Shown here one piece after another: positions 30,576 through 44,400 of a DNA stretch of 64,000 bases. The DNA is from Lingula anatina (taxonomy: Eukaryota > Animalia > Brachiopoda), in contig CM120647.1 of NCBI GenBank assembly GCA_051362555.1, forward strand, positions 18,700,651 to 18,764,650, given 5' to 3'. A program made the position numbers and the translations under genes. The notes beneath the pieces are model-generated. The model saw nothing but the letters and a program-made list of their open reading frames with translations, made no database searches and had not been told where the DNA came from. How positions within the stretch are numbered: position 1 is the first letter of the stretch; every line of letters begins with the position of its first letter.

Positions 30576-33500
30576 GGTGAAGACAGAAGTCTGTGTCTCA
30601 GATCCTTGCCAGAATGGAGCTGTCTGCAGACAACTGGAATCTGGTTTGGTGCAGTGTTTCTGTGCCAATGGCTACACAGGTAAGAGTTCTTCAAATTATA
30701 ACAATCATGATAACAATAATAGTTTTGATAAGAAGAAAAAGAAAAATGAAGATGGTGATGATGATTTTACACTTGTGAATTTTTTAAAATAACGATATTA
30801 CTTGTAATTAAAAAAAAAAAAAACCTTGACATTGTACATGGAAACCTGAATAAATTATTGATTGGAGAACTATGCAGGCAGATAGATAAATAGATATAAG
30901 TAAATAAATAAATGAAAAAGTAGACAGGATAACAATAACTTAATATAAAAAAAAAATAATAGTGGTGCAGTTTTATGGCAATGCTTCGCAAATTAATTTA
31001 TTTCTGAATTTTAGTATATGCTATCTAGAAACAAGATGTTTGTATCTGCTATATCAGTAATTTTTTATAAACTAGTATTTTATATTGTGTATTTCAGGCC
31101 AGTACTGCTCAGAGAACTACAACGACTGCCTGAGTGCACCGTGCTTGAACAATGCCACGTGTCAAGACGGCATCGCAGAGTTCACATGTGCCTGCGCTGC
31201 AGGATTTACTGGTAAATTCCATTCTTTGTTTTATTTAGGGCAGGAACAGGACATTAAGTGAAGTCCTTGTATCATAGTTGGCTGTGATCATCATACTGAC
31301 ATTGAATTTTGCCTCGAGCAGAATAGAAAAATTGTCTAGTTCACTTTGAGAGATTGACAACTTAATGGCCAGGCTTAAACATTAGAAAGTCACTGAAATG
31401 GAGCCCCTGTGCTCCTTTGTATTAGATTTGCTGGAGTCCTCTTTGATATGAAGTTCCAAAATGGACTGGATCATAAGATCACTTTTTGTCTTTGGTGATT
31501 TGTTTTTCCTACAGGACTGAGGTTTGTGACTGCACTCACAAAATGAATGGTAAACAGAGCTTTTTAAGATCGAACAGTTTTTCATTCATTTTTACTTATT
31601 CATCTTTTAGGCACAACATGTGAAGAGAACATTGATGAGTGTACCAGTGCTCCGTGTCAAAACTTTGGGACTTGTCAAGATTTAGTGAATGGGTACTTGT
31701 GTCAGTGTGCACCTGGTTTTACAGGTACAGTGTAGCATGGAAATCCCTTTGAAAAAGTAATATTTAGATATACCTTGCCCTTTTTAAAGAAACCTACAGA
31801 GATGAAAGATGTACAAAGTAATTTAGTGTCTTTCTAATATCAATACTAATTGTAACATTTGAGTAGAGCCAAGAATAAATTATTTATAGATAAAGAGCTG
31901 TGCATTTAGGTGGTAAATTTAAAGTAATAATCATGATTCTAATTGCTTGATTTGAGAAGAACAATTCAACTAATTTAAAACTTGATTTCAGAATTATAGA
32001 CACTGTACTAAATAAATTGGTAAATCTGCATGAATTAAAAATATAATATTATATATTCATTTATATCTTTGTATCTATAACAGGTGCTCACTGTGAATCA
32101 AACATAGACGAATGTGAGTCTGACCCCTGCACCAATGAAGGAGTTTGCCGAGACCAAGTTAACGGCTTTATCTGCGACTGTCCCATCCCGTTTAAAGGCG
32201 ATGACTGCTCTCTTCTGCCATGTGACTTGTTTCCGTGTGAGAACGCTAACTGTACCAATGACTTCTCTGTCTTTCCCGAAGGGTTTCGTTGCTCATGTTT
32301 TCCAGGATTTGCTGGTAAGCTTTATCCATATATGGTAAGGCACTAATCCACTACAATCATTTATGGTAATGTCACCACCAACACCATCCATATACAGTCA
32401 TGTCTCCACCCACATCATCCATATACAGTCATGTCTCCACCCACATCATCCATATACAGTCATGTCTCCACCCACATCATCCATATACAGTCATGTCTCC
32501 ACCCACATCATCCATATACAGTCATGTCTCCACCCACATCATCCATATACAGTCATGTCTCCACCCACATCATCCATATACAGTCGTGTCTCCACCCACA
32601 TCATCCATATACAGTCATGTCTCCACCCACATCATCCATATACAGTCATGTCTCCACCCACATCATCCATATACAGTCATGTCTCCACCCACATCATCCA
32701 TATACAGTCATGTCTCCACCCACATCATCCATATACAGTCATGTCTCCACCCACATCATCCATATACAGTCGTGTCTCCACCCATTTGCATGGGGTACTC
32801 TTTATTTTTAAGCCTCAGTATCAAATACCAGAAAAGTTTAGTTGATTTTGTGAATTTGCAGAGAAATAGCTTAAGCTCTGTGTTACAACTGCAGTAAAAA
32901 TTATTGAAAATTTTTTTGTAATATTATCATTGGAAAATGGATGCAGTTTTTTCGTGACTTTTGCATCTCAGTGTAGAGATATTTAGTTCATTTATCTTTC
33001 TCTGTTTAATCAAGTACACGTTATTGAACTTTATTGAATCTTTGAATTTAAAGGGTCCTTCCTGTTAAATAACTTTATTTTCAAGCTTAATTGCTATTTT
33101 CTTCCAATGCTTTGTTTGACACCTGAAAAATACAAATTTTGACATCAGCAAATCTAGTAAATTCTTCAAATGAATATTATTCCTTAATAAATTAAAACAT
33201 GACCTTCGCCTTCAGGTCCACTCTGTGACATCAACATTGACGACTGTTTCCGCCCACCAGGAGAATCAGTGTGCAATGGGAGAGGACTGTGCATTGATGC
33301 TATCAATGGCTACAAGTGCCTGTGCTCCCCAGGATGGGCCGGTCTGGACTGTGAAAAAGTGGTTGATGATTGCGTCAATAACGAGTGCAAGAATAATGCC
33401 ACCTGTGTAGACATGAATGAATTGTACAGGTACTGTCCTCTTTTATAATCCTTTCCATTGTATTTGTCACAATAACAGTGAGTAAAGTTAATGAACTGAT

Positions 33501-36500
33501 GAAATCAGAATGAAAGCACAGAGCTCCCTCAAGGCAGCTCATTTTCTCATTATTATTAATAAATTGATTGATGGATCACCACCAAAATGTAACCAATTTT
33601 AAGTTATCCCATTTCTGAACTAGAAAAGCACTCGGAGAGCGCAGACCTCCGCCAAGGCAGCAAAGTCTCCACCCAATGCCGTTTCACCCCTAAATTTTTT
33701 ATTGTTATTGATTATTGATTGATTATTGATCTGGATCACCACCAAAAACTTATCACTTCTAATTTAACCCATTTCTGACCTACCCTGAAAATTCCATCGC
33801 AATTCATCCATAACTTTTTGAGTTATGTTGATGACAAACAGATAGACAGACAAACAGGGGTGAAGACATAACCTCCTTGGCAGAGGTAACTATTTAAAAT
33901 GACTTGAGTACGGCTGTTAACTAACAATCCAAGAACCCATTCAACAAAGGAAAAACATGAACTCCTTTGTGGAGGTGATGAAGGACAACAGTAGGGACAA
34001 TGCTTTCAATTAATTCTGACATCCACAAAATATGTTTTGTTTCAGATGTGAGTGTACCCCAGGCTGGGACGGACAGTTTTGTGAGAGAGAGAAAGATGAA
34101 TGTACATCAGGACCTTGCCAGAATGGTGCTACATGCATTGATCTCTTCAATGATTATAGGTATCTGTGTGATTACAGTTGTGTTTTATTTCATGGATGCT
34201 GTCAGGTGCATGCTTCTAAGTATAAGTGTTGATATTTCGGAATGTGTATTTGTGTCCAAATGTTTACATCAAAGCACCTAAAATCCTTCTGCTGAAGTCC
34301 ATTGTTATATGGTTTAGTACCCACCAACATAATTCATAAACAGGCATATCTCTACCCACATATTCCATATATATATATATACACACAGTCATGTCTCCAC
34401 CTACTTCATCCATATATAGTCATGTCTCCACCTACTTCATCCATATATAGTCATGTCTCCACCCACTGTATCCATATATAGCTATGTCTCCACCCACTGT
34501 ATCCATATATAGCTATGTCTCCACCCATTTTCAAGGTGCCAGTGTGCAGCAGGATGGAACAGCAAAAACTGCGACCAGGAAATCAACGAGTGTCTGACCA
34601 ATCAGTGCATGAACCAGGCCACCTGTGTGGACCAACTCAACGACTTCCAGTGCATCTGTCCGCCATTTTTCACTGGGCGCCTCTGTGACAGTAGTTACGA
34701 CCCTTGCGATGCAGAGCACAATCAGTGTGAGAATGAGGCACCGTGTATTACACTGGAAGATGGGAGGTACCACTGTAATTGCACAGCAGGTGAGAGAAAA
34801 AGTTCCATGAGGTGGTATTTTGGCTTGTGAGCAAAGATGAATGAAAATGATCTGAGAACAATTTAGATAAAAATGTAATTCTCAGCATGTGAGAAAGATT
34901 TAATACTACTTACTTGTTTTCTTGAATAATATTTTCAGCGAGTCTCTTGAGCAAATAGTGAATTTTTTCATAGTGTTGTCAATTATGGCTTATTACAACT
35001 TAATTAGTTTTCTGCTGCACATTATTTGTTGGCTATATTTCATTAAGATGTCTTTATACCAACATCTCCATGTTGATTTCACATACAATAGTCAAAATTC
35101 CAATATTATCAATCTGTGCCATGCCCTTTGTTGTAATGTTGGAAAATATATGCAAAGAAAAGAATGTAAAAGTTCTAATATTATAATAATACTAATTATA
35201 GGCTATGCTGGAGTAAACTGTGAAGTGAACATCAACGAGTGTGCCTCAACACCCTGTAGAAATAACGCATCCTGTGAGGACCTGGTCGCGGACTATAGGT
35301 GTCACTGTCCTGAGGGGTATTCTGGGAAGGATTGTGGTGAAAATGTGGATGAATGTGCGTCAGATCCTTGTCGCAATGGAGCAACTTGTAGAGATAGGGT
35401 GAATGGGTAAGTAAATATTTGATTTTAGAAATTTATCCAGATTATCTTGTGTTCTTTGAGAGAGCTGTTCATTCATTTCACACCTTTGTTTGCTTCAAAG
35501 AAAGGGCGTGCAGTAATAATGAACTTTAGAGTTAGTCTTCAATATTTTTTACCCATTAAAAGGTACACTTGTGACTGCGCTGCAGGATTTGAAGGGTCAA
35601 CATGTGAGCAGGACATCAACGAGTGTTTGAGTGACCCATGTTATAACAATGGGACATGTGCCAATCTGGAGGCTAGATACAGCTGCTCCTGTCTACCAGG
35701 ATTTACAGGTGGGTGGAGACATTGCCATATATGGGTATAGTGGGTGGGTACCACACCATATATGGATGAGGCTACATGTGCCAATCAACCTGTTCCAAAG
35801 TTTGTGCCATCTACCATCTAACAAATGTTTAAGTGATAACTTTCATCCTTCATGTACCTTATAAGTATATATATTTAGTTGATTTAAATTTTTACTTTCC
35901 AGGTGTAAACTGTGAGGTCAATATCCAAGAATGTGCATCCAGTCCCTGCCTGAACAATGCCACCTGCCGAGATGCCATAAATGGGTACTCTTGCCAGTGT
36001 CATGGCGGCTACACGGGGAACAGGTGCCAGACCAACATTGATGACTGTGCTCCCGACCCCTGTGTCCATGGAAGGTATAAGTTTTGTCATTTTTTTTATT
36101 CATTAAATGGGAAAAAAATCAGAGAAATATATAAGTAAATTAGTACGATGAAGAAAATAATTATATTCTGACTTGGTGTCAATACTTTTTGATAAGGAAT
36201 TTGGCAATGCTTGGAAACGAGGTAAATTTTGAAGAGGCTGTTTTGAAATTATCTTATATTTTCTGGCACAAATTGAGCTTAATGAACTTATTAAAAAAAA
36301 TAATTAGTGAAATACAATTTTTTTCTCAGCTGTGAAGATTTAACTCAAGACTACCGCTGTATATGCGAAGCTGGCTGGACTGGGAAGAACTGTTCCGTTA
36401 ACATAGACGAGTGCCTCAGTGACCCTTGTAGGAACAACGGCACATGCATAGATGGCGTTGCAAGCTATGTTTGCACTTGTGCCCCAGGTTTTACTGGTAA

Positions 36501-39500
36501 GAAAGAGCAGTGTCATTTATATGTATTAATGGCAGTGGAAAACCATAGAAAGAGTTGAATTAGTAGTGGAAACAAATGGATTTTGTGTAGAATTCTGTGA
36601 TGCCTGTTGTGTCTAATCTAAACAACTAATTGGACATATAATACTCAAATAAACCAAACCTGTAGATTTTTTTTCTCAAAGCCATCTACCGTAGTAAGTG
36701 GTGCACTATTACAGAGGTATAGTTCTACACTTGTGCCCATTGCATTGTTTTATATTTTGTGGAACATTTCACAATACTTTAGAATGCAGGTATAATTTTT
36801 TTACTCTAGATTAGACAATTATCCTCCTACCCATCTGTCTTACAATAAATAGGCCATCTTTTAAGAATGATGTGAATTGTTCTTTGATTCCCAGGTCCAG
36901 GCTGTGAGTTTGACATCAACGTCTGCCGTGTTGGTAACTTCACCCAGTGTCTTAATGGAGGGACGTGTGAGGACAGAGTGGGGAATGAGTTCACTTGCAG
37001 GTTTGTACAGTTATTTTTTTTAATTATTTATTTTTTTATTAGCTGCCTCATAGAGGGAAAAAATAATATATGTGCACAAGCAAATGAAATTAGAAACATG
37101 CTTATGCAGTTCAACAAATTTTGTGGTCTGACAGAATACAGAGCAATACATTGATTAAAATATTTTAAGTGAAACACACTAGAGTTAGCATACCAGTGCT
37201 TATGCAGTTGCTTCTTGGTGACAATAGTTTGTACTGTTAAATAAAAACTTGAGAGAATCTACCAGTCTCCAAGTTGCCCCCTGTTGGTCTTCGGGCCAGT
37301 TTTAACATGTTATGGTAGAAATACTTTTCACTCTGTGCCATACCATGCCAAAAAAAAAAAAAAAAAAAAGTCTCTCAGGCTATAGAAAAAATATTTCATA
37401 GCTCTGTTTTTCTATATTTAGCTGTGTCACTGGCTTCTCTGGCCTGTACTGTGAGACGAACATCGATGAATGTCTGTCAGAGCCGTGTCAGAATAACGGC
37501 ACCTGTCAGGACAACATCGATGCTTTCATGTGCCAGTGTCTGCCAGGGTGGACAGGCCAGCTCTGTGAGGTTGACATCAATGAATGTGACAGTAATCCCT
37601 GTCAGTATGGAGGACTCTGTGAGGAGAGGGCTACTGGCTTTGGATATGAGTAAGATTTAGGATAAATTCTCACATTTAGATACAAGCATAATTTTTTTGA
37701 AAATATTTTGACTTACAGTGTCTGTTGATATGTGAAATTAAACTGTGTTTGTGAAATGAAAAAGTAAATTTATTATCTTAACTTTGTGATGATTTTTACA
37801 TATTTATCATTACCACCAAATCTTCACTATATTTAAAATGTATATAGAATTACATAATTTTGTTGTGGTTAATGTTAAAAGTGTAAATTATGATTTATCA
37901 ATAACTGATTAATTTTGGTCTAATAATTTCAAAGCTGAAACTTACAATTAAATCCTGTCAAGGATAACATATTAATTAAAGTGTCACCTTATGCAATATA
38001 TTAATAAAATCCAAACAAACATTGAGATTTATATTCCTGTCTGACCATTTTCTGCTGTACCTCTTTCAGGTGTTTCTGTCCCGCTGGTCTTGGAGGTTTG
38101 AACTGTGAACAAAACTATGACGACTGTCTGCCACAACCAAGGTGCCAAAATGGCGGAACATGTCAGGACGGCATAAATACGTTCATTTGCATCTGCCCTT
38201 ATTATGCCTCAGGAGATCAATGTGAAACTGTTATAGCCCCACCAACAACTACAATGACAGTTACTGGTGACACAACTGTAGGAGGCAGCACAATGCAAGA
38301 TACTCTTTCAGGTTTAATATCTGAAGACAGCCGCAGTGTGCTGTTATTTTCTTCATCACCTGTAACAGTTGATGTTGTGGCCACTAGTTTTGATATTGTG
38401 TTACCAAGTGTAACCATGGTTACTGATGATGCGTCGCTAACACAGTCATTTGCTTCTGTAATGCCATCAAGATTAGTTGAGTCATTAACACACTCACCAT
38501 TTGCTTCTTTTGGTTTACTATCAAGCACTGCTTTAGAAGTTAACTCCTTGTCTGATACATTAATTGAAACAGCTTCTTCCATACCAACAGTATCTGACAC
38601 GACAGTAATCCCAGATACTTCAGTGTCTGTGAAAAGTGCAGTATTTTCCTCTTCAACAGTGCCAACAGTGGCTTCACCACAAACAGGGACAGTTGTAGTG
38701 TTCTCAGACCAGTCAACAACTTCAACACTGTCAGTACCAGCTGCATCAATAACAGCAGCATCTGCAACATCATCATTATCATTGCCTGATATACAACCCA
38801 GTGCCACCACTTTAAACATACTTGTATCCACAGGTGATTTATCTTTGTCAACAATATCACTGTTAGGGACATCAGCAGAGGCTGTGATAGTGACATCTGG
38901 TGCTCAGTCTGTTTTGAGTGAGCTCAGCCCATCTATGGGGACATTTTCATTTCTTAAACCTTCCTCTTTGCCAGACAGCTATGTAACAGGGCCAGTTACA
39001 GGATCATCTTCTGTATTTTCATCGACAGCTCCATTGACAGTAACATCAATGACAACAGTAACAACAACAAAGACATCATCAACATCAGGAGCAACTTTTA
39101 CAGCATCAGTTGTAACTCCAGTAACAGCAATGCCAACAACAACAGAGACAACTGTTACAACAGTGGCACCATCAGCACCAGTAACAACACTGACAGCATC
39201 AGTTGCAACTCCAGTAACAGCAGTGCCAACAACAACAGAGACAACTGTTTTAACGGCAACAAGAGACACATTAACAACTTCAGGTGTATTACAGCCATCA
39301 GCATCCTCATTAGTAGCAACATCAAGTTTTGCCTCAACTGTGTCAACATCTGAGACAGTTACAGTGTTACCATCATCTGTAATTAGGCTGTCAGAATCTG
39401 GTTTGATCTCAAGTGATACTGGGTCAACATCAAGTGATACTGGTTCAACTTCTACTGATACTGGTTCAACATTGAGTGATACTGGTTCAGCCTCTACTGT

Positions 39501-41398
39501 TACTGGGTCAACATTGAGTAATACTGGGTCAACATCCAGTGATACTGGTTCAACATCCAGTGATACTGGTTCAAAATCAAGTGATACTGATGCAGCCACT
39601 AGTGATACTGGTTCAGCATCAAGTGGTACTGGACTAACATCTAGCGATACTGGTTCACCCTCTAGCGATTCTGGTTTCTCCACAAGTAATACAAGTACAA
39701 GCATAGATGTTAAACCTTCCAGCACAGCAACTTATGTCGTGGTTTCAGAATCGTTTGTGCTGATGTCAGACTCACTAACAACAACATTTGGTGACACACT
39801 TCGAACCTCTTCATCAACATTGGTCCATTCTTCATCAGCAAGTGAAACAGCATTAACTGCATCAATGAGACCAACTGGAACCTTGGTTACAGATGTTGCA
39901 CCTACATCTATGATTGGAAAGTCCTCAACTCTGACAGTGACTCCTCCCATCATGTCAAGTGATATGTCATTGACAACAATCGCCATGGAAACTGTTTCAT
40001 CATCAGCCAGTGGAAAATTACCAAGTGTGTCTGAAAAAGTCACCAGCCTTCCCTTAGCTAGTGACAGTGTATTGCCTATTGGCAGTTCATTGTCTAGCTA
40101 TACTCAGTTGCCTAGTGATGGTGTGTTGCCTAGTGACAGTGTGTTGCCTAGCAGCAGCATAGACATGCCTGTTGTAACGCACTCTAATTTTGCTTCTTTG
40201 GTTGATTTGAGTTTTACAGTTTCACAGCAGAGTTTTAGCACTTTGACTGCAGATATGTGTAAGTGGTTTTTATTTGTTTTATGTGAAATAATTTTTATGT
40301 AAAATATTATGCTCATCCTGTTGTTTCATTAATTGCTGTTTGTGGTGCTATTAACATCTTGTTTCTGTGGCAGTAATAGAAAGGTTTGTTTGCAGAAATG
40401 TTCATGTTGTGATATTTAAGAATTTTGCAAAAATTTGCAAAATTTATAGAATTTTACTTTCTTAGTAACTTGAAAATAGTTTTGAGAAATATTTTCATTT
40501 CACTTCACATTTTTGATATATTGCATTATTGATATAGAACTTTCTCATTTTTTAGCAACAGCGACTGTTCCAGTGACAATTTCCCAATCAGTGACACCTT
40601 CATCAGCAGCCTCATCAACAATGATATCAACAGCAAGAACAGCACCTGATACTGTCAGTTCAACCAGTACCACCATGGTGACAGTTACCATGCCAACAAC
40701 TGGTACCACAGGGAGTGCTCAACCAACAACAACTGAGGCAGTCAAAATCACCACAACCACAACTGTCCCTTTGGAGACCACAACAGATAAGCTAACAACT
40801 GCAGTGTCAAACTCTAAAGAACCCTTAACTACCACATTTACAGCCACTTCAACTGAGTCAGCCACGGGGACTGTGCCTGAGATAGAAAGCACAGCCACCA
40901 CCAGCAGTGAAACCATGCCTACCACTGGGTTGACCACACCCACTGACAGTGTAACCATGGCTCCCACCACTGTAACTACTTCAGTAGCCACTTCAGCAGC
41001 CACTCCTACTTCTAGACTTACGACACCCACCACTGATGTAACCATGCCAACCACCATAGGCACCACGCCTACCTCCACTGTAACCACACCCACCAGAGAT
41101 ACTACATCCAAGATGGAACCCATGCCTCCAAGTACAGCAATAACTCAATCTGCCACCCAAAGAGCAACCACTGCTAGTGATTTTACAAGAGGGTTAACAA
41201 CAGCAGAATCTAGTGTCTCTACAACCAGTGTGGCAGGACGGATCACAACTACTCCTGAATCTTTCAGTCTTAGTACTGCAAAGACCACTGTTCATCAATC
41301 CACAACAACACAGTCAATTACCACTACCACATCACAAACAATGGCAGATTCTACTACTAGTACTGCTACCACTGCTACTGCTGCTGCTACTACTACTT

Positions 41399-41442
<44 letters not shown>

Positions 41443-44400
41443 GGATCTACTGCGCCACAAACCAGCACTGAGTTTACTGGGGCTCAAACCACTGTGGGTC
41501 AGACCACACCAGAGTCCACCTCTGCCCAGACCACACCAGAGTCCACTTCTGCAGAATCCACCACTACACAGACAACACTGAAACCTGTAGATGAACAAAC
41601 GACCTCAGATTTTACGACAACTAGGGAGTCTTCTGTCACCCAAAGGACTTCTGAATCCACTTCTGCTCAATCCACATCTGGATCAATTTTTGCTCAATCC
41701 ACAACTGAATCTACAACTCCTCAATCCACTTCTGAATCCACATCTCCCCAATCCACATCACTACCCACCACAGAGCAGACGACACCTGAAGTCAGCACAG
41801 TGGCTCCATCTCGTGGCTGTAATGCAGAACCTTGCCTAAATGGAGCAACCTGTGTCAATGTTACACAAAATGGAGTGCTGGATTTCATGTGCATGTGTAT
41901 GTTCAAGTATGAAGGGAAACGATGCGAAACAGGTGGGTGTGAAAATATCTTTTAATAATTTTTGATGTGAAATTTTTATACAACTTAATTTGTTTCCAGT
42001 GTGATATTTTGTTACCGTACCAGTGCTATATGGAACTGTTTAAAAAAATTAAAGTCAGAAGAGGACAAGAAATCCATTTCATTAAAAAAGCATTATTTTT
42101 ATTACGTTTTTCTAATAGATTATGCTTTAATTTTCGTATTTCCAGGAAAGTCCTACAGAAGTTCCCAGTATGACGGCACAGGATATCTCATGTACGCTCC
42201 CCCTCAGCTACAGCAGTCCAATACTATCACCTTGGGGTTTAATACAACACAGGTAATTGTCTAAGTTGTATATGAGAGCACAGGATATCTCATGTACCCC
42301 CCCCCCCTTCACCCCTTCAGCTACAGCAGTCCAGTATTAATGCCTTGGAGTTCAATACAGCACAGATAAGTAGTATTATACAGGTTATATGAAAGACAGT
42401 CCAGAGAGCAAATGAAAACTTGCTTTGCTCCTGCCCTGTAATTGAATTCATAATTTGATTGAAAAATTGATTATAATTTATAAATCATACATCAAAATTA
42501 GAGCAGGAATTTTATTGCTGCTTTACTCACCTGTGATTGGCTAAAACAAACTCTTTCCCAGATGCTGTGTTCTAGGTACACAGCTGGCTCCATCTATATT
42601 TTTCCTGTGCAAACTAATGCTCTCTCTCTCTCTCCCTCTCTCTGTCAAATGATATATTTGTCTCTCCAGGCTAATGGTACCCTGTTCTACTCTGATGCTG
42701 ACTTTAATGCTGACTGGACACACTATATCTACTTATATGTGGAGAATGGAGTACTGAAGGTAAATGTGAACTTTTTTGCAGATTGAATAATGGATTAAGA
42801 TTTTAGATAAAGTACAGGTCGTGAAGTTTTGTACTGAAAGGAGGAGATAAATGTAAAAATGAAGTCGAGATAATTTTCTCTTCTGTTTCATGTAATGCTT
42901 TGTGATAAGTGTGGTTTAATTACAATTGTATTAAAATTGTTGTAGACAAGAGGGATGTTTCCTAATTTTCCTTGGGGTATAGCTAATTTTCTTAGCAACA
43001 GACTGCATAAAAAAAGTTGACTTTGCAATTTCATGTTAAGAGTGTATTACAAATCGGACCACAGACAGCTGATTTAAAGATAAGCTTTGTTTTGCTTACT
43101 GTTTACTCAGTATGCTTTCATGATAAGTGTCCCTCTCTCTGCTCCTGATGGTATCCTTAGTGGCCCAATGAACATTTTATTGACAGTTGTGTATTTGGGG
43201 GAAAATTCTACCAATTGCTTGATGTACATTTTAAGCCTTATTTCATTCCCATTGATCTGACTTCAGTACCAGTTTTCGTGTAAATTAGAGAGGTTTACTC
43301 TGAACAGTGGGCAAGTGGTGAATACAGGAGAAATATTTAACGTGACTGTCATGTGAGTATTTGGTCAATTTAGTTTGACACAGAATATTTTCTGTAATAC
43401 ATTCCTCTAGTTTCATTGACATTACATTGTTAAAATGCTTCTCTAAAAAAACTGAAGCTTTTGTTGCTACATGTATAATATTCTTTTCATGGTGCCTGAT
43501 TGATGTTTCTTTCATATTTGACATCTTTTTGCTCTTTTTAAAAACAAATTGTTATGAAACATCAGTATTAGTTGCATAATGATTCATAACAAAGACCTTG
43601 TTTATGTTATGATTTTTTTTACGTTTTTTTATTTTAATTTTAAGTAATACATATTTGGAAGAAGATTCTAACTATGATAATCATAATAACTGAGACTGAC
43701 TGTGTAGTTTTCTTCTCTCTTTCAGTCAAACACAAGACTGCTTTGCCTCTCTTGATGTCAGAGGTCCTGCTGCATCTCCACCCAGAGTAGAACTCGGCAT
43801 GAGTTTTGTTTTCCCCAGCTTCAGGTTGACAACTCTGTCAAATATCTACCTGGGAGGTCTGCCAAGTAGTTTGCAGCCAGATAACCAGGTGGCACCACTT
43901 GCTAGTTATGTGGGCTGTCTTGGCAGTGTGGTTGTGAATGGAGAGAGTTATGAGTACTTGGATGCAGTGGAAGGGGTAAGTAGTTGATATTATTAGAAAT
44001 GGAATAAATATGGTGCTTAAAAAAAAGTACTAGGCATAGATACAAATTTTATATAGATTTGACGGTCATTGTATATGTCAGTGATGCTTCAACAAGTGGC
44101 ATATTTCAATGTACTAATAATTTCTTTAGGTTTTTAATCCAATTGGTTCTAATGCCAATGTTTTAACTGTACCATGAGATTTTTTGATGATTTAACCACC
44201 TCCTCCCCATTTTGCAGTAATTTTCTGACAAACTTTTCCCATTCAAAATATGTTGTAGTACATGTTGATTTTTATCAAAGAAACCTCATTAGAAGAAAAC
44301 TTATTTGCAGGTGAATGTATATGAATGTGGTTATGTTCCACCAATCACCACATCTCCAGCCCCTGTAACCACGGTAACACCATCACCACGGCCACCAACC

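Noticed and set aside
32323-32787. CRISPR-like appearance of the 31-bp arrays, and the three overlapping ORFs across them
   Set aside because: The units are head-to-tail with no unique spacers, there are no cas genes, and the context is a eukaryotic intron. The ORFs arise only because the unit lacks stop codons.
38217-41123. Long minus-strand Val-rich ORFs (204, 248 and 134 aa)
   Set aside because: Antisense shadows of Thr/Ser-rich codons in exons 27-28.
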